DNA of 64,000 nucleotides from an uncultured Pseudomonadota bacterium (GTDB lineage Bacteria > Oederibacteriota > Muellerivitia > Muellerivitales > Muellerivitaceae): the NCBI GenBank assembly GCA_963843375.1, contig CAWJKT010000011.1:320001-384000 (forward strand), written 5' to 3'. The notes under the pieces are model-generated. The model worked only from the letters and a program-made list of their open reading frames with translations. It made no database searches and was not told the DNA's origin. The position numbers and the translations under genes are program-made. Shown here one piece after another: positions 39,830 to 50,000 of this stretch (positions are counted from its first letter, which is position 1; every line of letters starts with the position of its first letter).

Positions 39830-40690
39830 ATGAATCGAAAATATTTTTTTGGAACATCTTCATCCCCTGGAGTTCTTGTCCTAGCGATTAAAAATTATTT
39901 CAAGATCGAAGGATCTCAACAGGCGGCCGTGTTCGCTTATTACGCTTTTTTTTCTCTCTTTCCATTAGTTATCCTGGCCGTGATGATATCCTCGTTTTTT
40001 GCGGACCAGGACCGCGCGGCCCGAGAGGTCATTGGATATTTCAAAAATTACGCGCCCCTGGACGCCCAATTAAACCAGGATGTTTTCGACGTCATCACCG
40101 GAGTGGTCAAGGAGCGGGGAAAAGCGACGATCATCGTCCCTTTAATCTTTTTTTGGGGGGCCTTCCGTTTTTTCAACGTGCTGATTCGCGCGGTCAATCG
40201 GGCCTGGGGTACCCGGGCGGGAAAATGGTGGCGCCTGCCCCTGAAGAACATCCTTTTGCTCGCGATCACAGGTCTGACCATCCTGCTGGGTCTGGGGACA
40301 CCGGTGGTTGCCAGGCTGGCTAGGCACTGGTTTTTTTCCACGTACGAATTTGTTTCGTGGATGTATGAAGCGGCTGTCGTTATCGGCCCCTTGCTTGCTC
40401 TTTTTCTAGGATTAAGCCTTCTTTACAAGCTCGCACCCTGCCGGCCCACACGCTTTGCTGAAGTGTGGATAGCCGCGCTGGCGGCTGCGGCGGCATTGTG
40501 CGTACTGGAAAGTTTGTTTGTCATTTACCTTCGAATCTTCTCCAAGTTCAACCTGGTTTACGGGGCGTTTGGCGGCATGATGTCCCTACTCATGTGGATT
40601 TATCTTTCGGGATGCATCATTGTCCTGGGAGCCTGCTTGTCCGCCGCCCAAGCCAAGGTAAAAGCGCATTGGTGGAGTCGCAACTTTTGA
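39830..40690 (+). CDS. YihY / virulence factor BrkB family membrane protein
   Basis: AA..AYYAFFSLFP, A.NRAW, VYGAFGG..LLMWIYLS..LGA. Confidence 0.9.
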   Translation: MNRKYFFGTSSSPGVLVLAIKNYFKIEGSQQAAVFAYYAFFSLFPLVILAVMISSFFADQDRAAREVIGYFKNYAPLDAQLNQDVFDVITGVVKERGKATIIVPLIFFWGAFRFFNVLIRAVNRAWGTRAGKWWRLPLKNILLLAITGLTILLGLGTPVVARLARHWFFSTYEFVSWMYEAAVVIGPLLALFLGLSLLYKLAPCRPTRFAEVWIAALAAAAALCVLESLFVIYLRIFSKFNLVYGAFGGMMSLLMWIYLSGCIIVLGACLSAAQAKVKAHWWSRNF

Positions 40691-40727
40691 ATTGGGGAAA
40701 ATCCATTCCAGTTTAATCGGCGGGAAG

Positions 40728-40758
40728 ATCAAAATGAGGCCCCAATCCCCGTTTTGAT
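40728..40758. promoter_or_regulatory. Paired-box putative enhancer; additional single box at 40844-40854
   Basis: ATCAAAATG-N13-CGTTTTGAT; ATCATTTTGAT at 40844. Confidence 0.72.
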
Positions 40759-40960
40759 CTTCATCAGACCGCTTCATTTAAAACAATTTTTCAAGGCACC
40801 CGGAGCTTTTCCGCGGCTTTCCGACCGAATTAAATTCATTCGAATCATTTTGATCGACTTTTTGAACCGACAATCCACTTAAAAATTTTCCAACGATGAG
40901 AAAGAGCTTTTTCCTGGATCGCGCATAGGATCCACATGCGCTTTCCCTGGATTTTTGAGC

Positions 40961-40974
40961 GGTATGGAACTTGC
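40961..40974 (+). promoter_or_regulatory. sigma54 promoter for ice-binding gene 4
   Basis: GGTATGGAACTTGC. Confidence 0.8.
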
Positions 40975-41038
40975 TTTAACTCCTATCCTAGATCTCATGA
41001 TTAATCGTGGAATTCGTAAATTTTTAAGGAAGTGAAAA

Positions 41039-41821
41039 ATGAAAAAACTTGTCGTCAGTTTAATCTTTATGGCCGCGTTTCCAATCGCTTTTATGGCGGG
41101 ATGCAGTTCTCAAGTCCCGACTTCATCGAACTCGGCGACTTCAATCCCCACCTCAACACCGGCCGCCTATTCGACACCCCAATCGACGAATCCAGCTATG
41201 GTAAATCTTGGATCGGCGGTGACTTATGGGATCCTAGCTTCCACTCAGATCACTAACTCCGGAGCTTCTACTGTCTGTGGAAATATCGGTTTGGATTCAG
41301 GAACATTGATAAATGGAGGGATTAATTTGACCTGTGGTGGGGTTTCACAGGTGAATAATTCTACCGTACTCGCCGCCCAAGGGGCCTTAGGTGTCGCCTA
41401 TACCGCCGCCATGGGAGCGCCAACCGGCGCCACCATTCCAGCGGGCACCGATATTGGAGGGCAAACCCTTTATCCCGGGGTTTATACCGTCGGTGGGAAT
41501 CTTAATATATCTTCGGCTGACCTTACCCTTAGCTCCCTGGGAACCACAAACGGTGTCTTTATTTTCCAGATTACAGGCAGCAACAATCTCGTAGTCGGGC
41601 CCGGCCGCAAAGTCATCCTTTCAGGGGGGGCGCAGGCGGCCAATGTTTTTTGGGTGGTGGGAGGGTACTGCTCTCTTAATACGATGGTCTCTTTCGTGGG
41701 CAATATTATGGCCGGTACATCAGTCACGCTTAATACGGGTGCGGTCCTGTTAGGCGAAGCTTTGGCGGAGACAGGTGATGTTACTTTGTTGGGTAATACG
41801 ATCACTGTTCCGGGGCTATGA
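41039..41821 (+). CDS. Ice-binding family (DUF3494) lipoprotein 4 (short stalk)
   Basis: Lipobox MAGC; MVNLGSA, GQTLYPGVY, VFIFQ, GAQAANVFW; closest to lipoprotein 2. Confidence 0.9.
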   Translation: MKKLVVSLIFMAAFPIAFMAGCSSQVPTSSNSATSIPTSTPAAYSTPQSTNPAMVNLGSAVTYGILASTQITNSGASTVCGNIGLDSGTLINGGINLTCGGVSQVNNSTVLAAQGALGVAYTAAMGAPTGATIPAGTDIGGQTLYPGVYTVGGNLNISSADLTLSSLGTTNGVFIFQITGSNNLVVGPGRKVILSGGAQAANVFWVVGGYCSLNTMVSFVGNIMAGTSVTLNTGAVLLGEALAETGDVTLLGNTITVPGL

Positions 41822-41908
41822 GTTTTCGGAATTGATTGGGCGGCATAGGCCGAGAGGGTTTCTCAGCCTCTGCTGCATTTATTTGCAGGAATTTGAAAGG
41901 AAAAAGAA

Positions 41909-42349
41909 ATGAAAAATGGCGCATCAGCAGCGATGATTTTAAGTTTGGGCGTAACGGCCTTGTTGTTTTCCAGTTGTGGGCAGAAAAAGGTTGAAAACAC
42001 GGAGGTCCCACAGGGACCTGAGAGCAACGAGACGGTTCAGGCAGCGGCGCCTACACCAATTCCCACGCCCGCTAACGTGGAGAAGTATGTAGTCCAAAAA
42101 GGGGACACTCTTTGGGCAATAGCCGATCAATCAGGGAATTACTCCGATTATTACGAATGGCCGCTACTTTTTAAGACCAACCGGGATGAAATCCAAGATC
42201 CCGACCAGATTACTCCCGGACAGGTTCTCATAATTCAGAGGGGGCAAACGACCGAACAAAACGAGCATACCCGGCAGTTGGCCAGTGACACACCGGCCTT
42301 CGTGTCCCATGAAGCGCCGCGGACGACTCTTCCGATTAATTACTTTTAA
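41909..42349 (+). CDS. LysM-domain lipoprotein
   Basis: Lipobox FSSC; YVVQKGDTLWAIA..WPLLFKTNRDEIQDPDQITPGQVL. Confidence 0.9.
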   Translation: MKNGASAAMILSLGVTALLFSSCGQKKVENTEVPQGPESNETVQAAAPTPIPTPANVEKYVVQKGDTLWAIADQSGNYSDYYEWPLLFKTNRDEIQDPDQITPGQVLIIQRGQTTEQNEHTRQLASDTPAFVSHEAPRTTLPINYF

Positions 42350-42582
42350 CCGATAGAAAGCACCTGAATACCGGCGCCTATTAAGGGGCCGGGTTTGTAG
42401 CGGATGAAGCGGGTGACGATAAGGTCTCATCATTATCACAAGCCAGCTCAGTCCGTTTTGGATTTTAGGAACCTCGCGGTTCGGCGGGCAGCCGGTTAGG
42501 GTTTAAGAGAATTCATGTCCGTTAGGAATTGCCAATGAATTTTTCTAATTCCAAACACTGATCCCGTCTCCAGGAACCAACA

Positions 42583-42825
42583 ATGTCGATAATAAAAAAA
42601 ACAACTTTGAACAAAATGAAGCATATTTGGAAAGAATGGAAGGAATGTTTCAGGTTCGGGCCAAAAATCTTGAAGCTGTCCTCTCAAGGAAGTTTGTTTC
42701 CAAGCAAAACCAAGTTACTTCGGCCTCCAAGATGCCACCGCCCGCAGCGTTCAAAAAAGAAGAAGATGAAGGTGTTCGAGGTGGACGGTTGGAGGACGGG
42801 TCGCGCTATCCGCCATAAGCCATGA
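42583..42825 (+). CDS. Possible small basic hypothetical protein
   Basis: Stop overlaps AI-2E start (ATGA); no recognisable motif. Confidence 0.3.
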   Translation: MSIIKKTTLNKMKHIWKEWKECFRFGPKILKLSSQGSLFPSKTKLLRPPRCHRPQRSKKKKMKVFEVDGWRTGRAIRHKP

Positions 42826-44033
42826 TTTCACCACCGAAGCCTGAACCGGAAAGGCCCGACGACAATTTTTTTACCCGCACCTTTCGATTTGAATTAGCGC
42901 CTTCTACCATTATTACTCTTGTTTTGGTCCTTGCCGGTTTGTGGCTGTTGTTCAAGCTTTTACCGGTCCTTCTCGTTTTAATCGCGGCTTTTTTTATGGT
43001 GGGAACCCTGAATCCGGCCGTTCACTGGCTGGAAAGCAAGAAGATCGGCCGGAGACTCTCAATCGCTATCGTTTTTATTTCCCTTCTGGTCGTCACCTTG
43101 GCGGTTGCCTTCCTGACGGTTCCGGCGCTTCTGGCGGAGGGGTCTTCGATCCTGGAACAGGAACCGGTTTTACGAGCCCAATTGGCGGACCGACTTTCCG
43201 GATTTCCCTTAAGCGCAGCTCTGGCGAAATGGCTTCGCAATTTTAAATACGGCGGGCCGGTCAGTACAGAAGGGGCCACAGCTTTCGCCTACTCAATGGA
43301 TGCCCTAAAGTTTATAGCCTATACTATGAGCGCCATTTTTTTGGCCCTCTATATCATGCTCGATCGGGACCGGTTGAGGGGTGGTCTTTTCGCCATCGTT
43401 CCGAGATCGCACCACATCCGTCTTTCCCGAGTGATGATGAACCTGGAAACCATCGTGGGTGCCTATATCCGGGGACAAGTGATTACGAGCGTCGCCGTCG
43501 GCATATTTATTTTGATCCTTTTGACAGCTTGCGGCGTTGAAAACGCCTTGGCTCTTGCGTTATTCGGCGCCATTTCGGACATCCTGCCTTATATCGGCAT
43601 CTTTCTTCCCATGGTTACGGGAGTTCTTTCGGCGGTTCCGCACGGTCCGGTGATCACTATGGTGGTTTTTGCGTTGATGCTCTTTTACATGGAATTCGAG
43701 AGCAGGGTGATTGTGCCCAGGGTTTACGGCCGGGCTTTGCGCCTGCCTTCGACAGTGGTCCTCTTTTCGCTTTTGGCCGGAGGGACTTTGATGGGGATCA
43801 CGGGAGCCTTGCTTGCGCTTCCTTTCGCGGCGGCGGCAATGATGCTAATCGAGGAACTGAGGGTGCAATTGCCCGGGGTACAGGTGCAAGTGGCGGATGA
43901 AGTCCAGCGGGAGAAGGATGACCAAGGGGAAGAAGAATATGAACGCCGTACCGAGGGAGTGTCGGCGGAAAAATCCGCCGCCATCGCGGTTGAAATTTCG
44001 GGGGATCGAGAGAAGGAAGAAAGCAATCACTGA
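42822..44033 (+). CDS. AI-2E family transporter
   Basis: LNPAV..LE, YIRGQ, LPYIG, E..VIVPRVYG, G.LMGITGALLALP. Confidence 0.9.
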   Translation: MISPPKPEPERPDDNFFTRTFRFELAPSTIITLVLVLAGLWLLFKLLPVLLVLIAAFFMVGTLNPAVHWLESKKIGRRLSIAIVFISLLVVTLAVAFLTVPALLAEGSSILEQEPVLRAQLADRLSGFPLSAALAKWLRNFKYGGPVSTEGATAFAYSMDALKFIAYTMSAIFLALYIMLDRDRLRGGLFAIVPRSHHIRLSRVMMNLETIVGAYIRGQVITSVAVGIFILILLTACGVENALALALFGAISDILPYIGIFLPMVTGVLSAVPHGPVITMVVFALMLFYMEFESRVIVPRVYGRALRLPSTVVLFSLLAGGTLMGITGALLALPFAAAAMMLIEELRVQLPGVQVQVADEVQREKDDQGEEEYERRTEGVSAEKSAAIAVEISGDREKEESNH

Positions 44034-44205
44034 AAAAGGTTGAGGCGTGAAATCGGTGGAATGGCGTGCAGAAATCTTCCGTTCGGCATTTGGGAAATCG
44101 GAAAGTTCATTGTTTCCTGGTTCAAACGGATCACTCCGGTTGTCCGGTCAATGAATTGCGCTACTACAGTCAATGTCATTAAAAGATTCAAGGGGTATTA
44201 AGTAA

Positions 44206-45336
44206 ATGAAAAGCAGTTTGCCTGTCCACACGGGTCGAAAACAGATGGTGCCGGTTTTATTATTAGCCCTTATCCTGCTTGGGACCGGGGGATGTGGAAC
44301 GGTCACCCTTCATCCCATGCCGGTATTGCCTGCCCCGGTAACCGGTTTTCCACCTACGAAACCCGCTTTGGTACGCCTGCCGATTGATATCATTTTTCCC
44401 GGCGGTGGCGGTCCCCTGCGAACGGTTAGCAACTTTTTGAAAGGCCAGGTGAGCCAAATGATACCGGACCTTCTGAAGATGCCGGACCTTTTGAAAATGC
44501 CCGGGTTCCGTTTGATGTCCCGCATAAGGGCTCTTTGGACAAAGATGGATGTGCCGATTCGGTTGGATAAAGGCCTCTGGCTTTTAATTCGGCCCGAGAC
44601 TTTGAGCGTGGGAAAGATGAGAACCGACCTTAAACGGTCTTCGACCGCCCATGTGGTTTTGGAAATGGTGGCTAATCCCGAGATCGTCTTTGGAGCTGAA
44701 CCCATGACCACCCCTGTGGCCATGCCCCCACTTCAACACTTTCAGCCAGGCCCGGGGATTTTTCAAGCGGTGAGTAATGTCCGTATTACATATAAGGAAG
44801 CAAATCAATACTTGAGGGACCCCCGGATGAAGCTCATTGGCATGGTAATTCCCGGCACAGGTGAACGAAAGCTGACCCTTGAGGGAGTTCGGTTGTACGG
44901 TTCCGGTGGCAAGGTAATTGTCGAAGTTAAACTACACTACAATCCACCGATTATCAATTTCACCGGTAAGCCGGCTAATCTGACGGTTTATCTCACGGGC
45001 ACCCCCCGTTTTCTTCCAAAAGAAAGGATCATTGACCTGCCGGATCTGGACTATGACATTAAGTCCAGCGACTTAATGGTCCAAGTCGCCGATTGGCTTT
45101 TCAAATCTGATTTTAGAGACGAAATGCGCCGGGCTGCGAAGGTTCCCGTCGGGTTTAAAATGGATCTCCTTAAAGAAAAAATAAGCAAGGGCTTGAACCG
45201 TCGCCTGAGCCCCTTGACTTGCCTCAGCACGCAAGTGAATTCTTTTAAGGTGTTGGATGGATTTGTGGACAATGATGGGATTCAAGTGCGCCTTTCCATT
45301 GAGGGAACGGCGACCATGGAAGTGATCTGGAAATAA
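44206..45336 (+). CDS. DUF4403-like lipoprotein
   Basis: Lipobox-like TGGC; W..PIRLDKGLWLLIRP, VYLTGTP, DLDYD. Confidence 0.65.
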   Translation: MKSSLPVHTGRKQMVPVLLLALILLGTGGCGTVTLHPMPVLPAPVTGFPPTKPALVRLPIDIIFPGGGGPLRTVSNFLKGQVSQMIPDLLKMPDLLKMPGFRLMSRIRALWTKMDVPIRLDKGLWLLIRPETLSVGKMRTDLKRSSTAHVVLEMVANPEIVFGAEPMTTPVAMPPLQHFQPGPGIFQAVSNVRITYKEANQYLRDPRMKLIGMVIPGTGERKLTLEGVRLYGSGGKVIVEVKLHYNPPIINFTGKPANLTVYLTGTPRFLPKERIIDLPDLDYDIKSSDLMVQVADWLFKSDFRDEMRRAAKVPVGFKMDLLKEKISKGLNRRLSPLTCLSTQVNSFKVLDGFVDNDGIQVRLSIEGTATMEVIWK

Positions 45337-45545
45337 GTAATGATGATAAAGTTATTTTTCTTATTTTTTTCGGCAAACCTGTTAATTCAACAATTAAAAT
45401 CGAGATATTGAATCAATGGAAATTGTGAACATGAGACCCGCTCCAGAGAAAGAGGTTGCTTTTCAAGGGTTCGTCAAAAATGGAACCAGCCTAGACGAAG
45501 TCAAAAAAACCAGTGTCTTGAAAAGGCCTTTTGAAAATGAAAGAG

Positions 45546-45911
45546 TTACTTTTTTTTCTTAACCACTGGTTTTTTCCCGTTTAAAGTCAACCAAAGACTA
45601 GTCGCCAAAACACCCGCGGCGGCGGCCATGACAACCGCTTTCTTGGGATTTTTTTCGATGTAATGTTGGGCCTTTTTTTCATATTTTTCGTAATTTTGTT
45701 TGGCTTTCTGCAGTTTCTTTTTAGACCGACTCACTTCGTCTAGAAACCTTTTGTAATTTTTGTCGCCCGTTATTTGGTGTTCGAGCAACGAAAGTTTGTT
45801 TTTACCCTCAGTTAGATACTTAAGGATTTGATTTTTCAGCCTTCCCCTACCGGTTTCATTCTCGTCAAATGAACCCATGGTTTTCGTCTTTTCGTCGTTT
45901 GTCATTTTCAA
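45546..45911 (-). CDS. Hypothetical protein with DUF883/YqjD-like C-terminal anchor
   Basis: Coiled coil then YIEKNPKKAVVMAAAAGVLA and a basic tail. Confidence 0.6.
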   Translation of the reverse strand: MKMTNDEKTKTMGSFDENETGRGRLKNQILKYLTEGKNKLSLLEHQITGDKNYKRFLDEVSRSKKKLQKAKQNYEKYEKKAQHYIEKNPKKAVVMAAAAGVLATSLWLTLNGKKPVVKKKK

Positions 45912-45925
45912 ATCTCCCTAATCTT

Positions 45926-46240
45926 TTATTTTGTTGATGGAACCATCAACTTCAAAACCAATAACCCCAAAAGCCCCCCAAAGATAAAAACAACTCCGCG
46001 GGGGACACCGCCGTAATCAATCGCCACAAAAAACACTCCGAGGATTAAGAAAGCCAGACTCATAAAAATCGAAAGGCCCATAACGACCGTTTTTACCACC
46101 CATCCTTCGAACGGCCTCTTGTGTTTTTGCAAGGATTTTTCGACCTGATCTTCGATGGATACGACGCCTTTTAAAGCCCCGACACCTACCGCCCATAAGC
46201 GGCTAAAGATGGAAGTTTCTTCCGCTTTTTTGCCTGACAT
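45926..46240 (-). CDS. Small 2-TM membrane protein (YqjE/holin-like position)
   Basis: MSGKKAEE start lies downstream of the sigma54 promoter; two C-terminal TM helices; adjacent to YqjD-like gene. Confidence 0.55.
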   Translation of the reverse strand: MSGKKAEETSIFSRLWAVGVGALKGVVSIEDQVEKSLQKHKRPFEGWVVKTVVMGLSIFMSLAFLILGVFFVAIDYGGVPRGVVFIFGGLLGLLVLKLMVPSTK

Positions 46241-46307
46241 TTTGATTTTCTTTCGAACCGCTACCGATTTTAAAACGAACAAAAGATCGCTTTCATTAAG
46301 TAAGAAA

Positions 46308-46321
46308 GCAAGAAACGAGCC
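46308..46321 (-). promoter_or_regulatory. sigma54 promoter (left arm of divergon)
   Basis: Minus strand GGCTCGTTTCTTGC. Confidence 0.82.
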
Positions 46322-46386
46322 GCGCACTGGATCGGACATTGTCGGGCCTATTTGGAACTTCTGATGATTTGTCTCTTCTAAAAAGA

Positions 46387-46419
46387 ATCAAAATGATGTT
46401 CGGGAACAATCGTTTTGAT
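46387..46419. promoter_or_regulatory. Paired-box putative enhancer
   Basis: ATCAAAATG-N15-CGTTTTGAT. Confidence 0.8.
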
Positions 46420-46491
46420 CTGTTAAAAGCGGGGGAATCCGCTCAAAAGTCCTTTTTCCAAAAAAACCAATATCTTTTCGAACTTTCGTGC

Positions 46492-46505
46492 GGCATTGAA
46501 CTTGC
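46492..46505 (+). promoter_or_regulatory. sigma54 promoter (right arm of divergon)
   Basis: GGCATTGAACTTGC. Confidence 0.8.
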
Positions 46506-46541
46506 TCTATTTATATTGTGAAAATATTGAGGAGGAAGATC

Positions 46542-46940
46542 ATGAAAGGTTCAACTTTTTTAGCTGTTTCTGTTTTGTTGATGTGGATGACCGGGTTGGT
46601 TTCGGCCCAAACCATGATCCCGACAACATCAATGCCGATATCCGACTTGCCGACAACCGGAGGCGCGGGCGGTGGGCCCTCATCGAAGGCCGAAATAAAT
46701 GCCCGGATCACGAACCAACAAACCCGGATCGACGCTGACTCAAAAGTGGGAAAACTGACAAACGAGCAGGCAAAACCCCTTACTTGTTCTTTGAAAAAGA
46801 TCAAGAAGCAAAAGAAAGCCGATTACGCTGAAAATGGGAAAAAAGAACTGACCAGCGACCAAAAAACGGATTTAAACAACAAGTTGAATTCAAACGAGGC
46901 CAATCTCACTAATACCAATGGGGTTAAGAATACGAACTGA
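46542..46940 (+). CDS. Secreted helical hypothetical protein
   Basis: RBS GAGGAGG; signal peptide ending VSA; INARITNQQTRI..GKLT.EQA..ELTSDQK. Confidence 0.75.
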   Translation: MKGSTFLAVSVLLMWMTGLVSAQTMIPTTSMPISDLPTTGGAGGGPSSKAEINARITNQQTRIDADSKVGKLTNEQAKPLTCSLKKIKKQKKADYAENGKKELTSDQKTDLNNKLNSNEANLTNTNGVKNTN

Positions 46941-47078
46941 TCCGTTCCTTTTACTTGATTCGCTGATGGGCAATCTGTAAAGCGTAACCCAGCCATGGAA
47001 AAGAAAGATAAGATTTTTTTCACTGCCCGCTTTCCAAAAAGGAATAGGGCCGTGTTTCAAATGGGTCCGTGCATTTCT

Positions 47079-50000
47079 TTATTCTCCTATGATGACTTTA
47101 ACGAAATGGCTTTTCCGGTCATCCCTCAGCGCGAGGGCCGCGTCCGAAGTTTGAACAACTTCGCCATCCAATTCAATCCGTTGAACACCTTTTGAACGGT
47201 GATCCGGATTTTCAAATTGGATCTCATATGAAGTGGATTCGTGCCGATAGAAAACCTTGTAACCGGGCCATTCCTTTGGGATACAGGGGTTGAAATAAAG
47301 ATGATTTCCCCTTCGATGGATACCCAATATAAATTCAATGCCGGCGCGGTACATCCAGCCGGAAGAACCGGTATACCAAGTCCAGCCGCCTCTCCCCAGA
47401 TGAGGCTCTTTTCCATACACATCGGCGGCGATGACATAAGGCTCCACCTTGTAAATGTTGACGGCTGTGCGGGTTAGGGCGTGGTTAATGGGGTTCAACA
47501 TCGAAAACAATTCGTTGGCCCGGTTTCCCATTCCCAGTTTGGCGTAAGCGCAAAGGCACCAAACAGCCGCGTGTGTATATTGGCCCCCGTTTTCCCGTAC
47601 CCCCGGAACATAACCTTTTATATAGCCCGGGTCTTTTGGGGTTTGATCGAATGGCGGGGTAAATAAGAGGACTAATTGGTCTTCTTTACGGATGAGTTTT
47701 TCTTCCACGGATTTCATGGCTTGAATGGCCCTACCGGAATCGGCGGCTTTGGATAAAACGGCCCAAGTTTGAGCGATCGAATCGATTTTGCATTCTGTGT
47801 TTTCGCTTGAACCCAAAGGGAAACCATCATCGAAAAAAGCCCGCTTGTACCATTTCCCATCCCAGCCGTTTGTTTCCAAGGCGGTTTTCAATTTGAGCGC
47901 GTGTTCGATCCAAATCTCCCTTCTCTTGTCGTCCCCGTTCTTGCCAGCCAAGGGCGCCATTTCAGTCAATATTTCATGGAGGAACCAGGCCAGCCAAATG
48001 CTTTCCCCCTTACCCTCGTGGCCGACGCGGTTCATTCCGTCGTTCCAATCGCCGCTGCCCATGAGAGGCAAGCCGTGGACTCCGGTTAGCAGACTGATAT
48101 CGACAGCCCGGGCGCAATGCTCGTAAAGACTCAGAGGCGGTTTAGGGGAAACGGAGGGCTCGAAATAAGAATCGTCCTGGCCGGAATTTAATTTGGGGCC
48201 CTCCAAAAAAGGGACGAGTTCCTCAAGCAGGGTTGGGTCTTCCGTAACCCTTAAATAATGGAGGACAACATAAGGAAGCCAAAGCCGATCGTCCGAGATA
48301 TTGGTCCTTACCCCGCGTCCCAAGGGAGGATGCCACCAATGCTGGACATCCCCCTCCTCAAATTGCCGGGCGGCGGTTTTTAGGATATGGGCGCGGGCCA
48401 ACGGGAGGATCCGAGGCCATTATGGCCATGACATCCTGCAATTGATCCCGGAATCCAAAAGCACCTCCGGCTTGATAGAAGGCGGCCCTGGCCCAAAAGC
48501 GGCAGGCCAAGGTCTGATAAAGAAGCCAGCGATTAAGAAGGATATCCATGGAACGGTCCGGCGTCTTGACCTGGATTCTTCCCAAGAGCCGATCCCAATT
48601 TTGAGTCACGGTTTGAAGTTGGGCTCTTGAGATCCGCCAACCGGATTTTCCGAACCAACTGGCGGGCATGGTCCTTGTTTTCCCCTTGGCCCAGGAAAAA
48701 GGTGATCTCCTTTTTCTCGCCTGGCGCAAGCTCGATCTGGGTTTGCAAAACGCCGCAGGGATCCAAACCCGCTCCGGTGGAACCGCTTAAGCGCTCCCGG
48801 TGCAATAGGCCTTTCGGGTCTCTCCAAAGTTCCGTTCCTTCCGATAAACTCCGACCGGTCGGCAGTCCATGACACTTGCGTTCCATTGAGATCGAAAAAG
48901 GAAACCCGGTTTCCAAACTCAATATTGAGGGGATTGAAGGCAAAGAGCACCCCGGATTCGATATCCCTTTCCGTCACGATCGAAGGGGCCGTTTTGACCC
49001 TCGAGAAACCCAGAACCCATTCCACATAGCCTGTCACCGACAGGCGCCGAGGCCTGGAGGAAAGGTTTTTAAACACGAGTCGGGAGACCTTCACCGGGTC
49101 ATCGGGATCGACGAATTGAGTGAGTTCGCTGTGGATTTCGTTGGAACCATTTTCGAAAACGCTGTAACCGGCTCCATGTCGGGCCACATAAGCGGAGCCT
49201 TCCAGTCGGATAGGGGAGGCGGTGGGGGACCAGATTTGACCGGAATCCAGGTCGCTTATGAAGAAGGCTTCGCCGGAAGGGTCCAGAACCGGGTCGTTGG
49301 ACCAGGGGGTAACCTGATTTTCCCGGCTGTTGAGCGCCCAGGTATATCCCGCGCCGGACTCGGACACTTGAAAACCGAACAGGGGATTGGCGATCACATT
49401 GATCCAAGGCGCCGGCGTCCGCTGTCCTTTTTCCAAAATGACCACATATTCACGCCCTTCATCCGCGAATCCGCCGATGCCGTTAAAAAACTCCAACCGG
49501 GGCACGTTGAGGGGGGCTTCGGTGCGGGTTTGAACCCTGAACATTTCTAATTCATCCGACTTTTTGGCGGGAATGGATTTGAAAGTTTCGAATTTTCGCA
49601 CCCGCATGACTTGTTCGGCCAGGGTTCCCTGCCGGTTACTCAAAATAGCCCGAGCCACGGCCAGTAACAATGTTTTTTCCCGGACATCTAGCAAATCGTT
49701 GCGCAGGACGAAGATTCTTCCTGCGGGTAGGTCGGGGTTTCCCGAGGAGGTGGCTTCACTCCCTCGAGCCAGCCCTTCTAGCGAAGTCTGGAGGTCCTGT
49801 ACGTAGGACGTGGCCTTCTCGTTTAGGATCACGATGTCCACCGAGAGACGCTTCATCCGCCAATACTCGTGGGCGCGGAGCAATTGGCGAACCAGGCCCT
49901 GGTCATCAAGGTCGTCGATACGCACCAAAAGGATCGGAAGGTCACCGGAGATTCCACGGGACCAAAGGCCTGTTACGTTCATTCGGTTTTTCTTCAAGAT

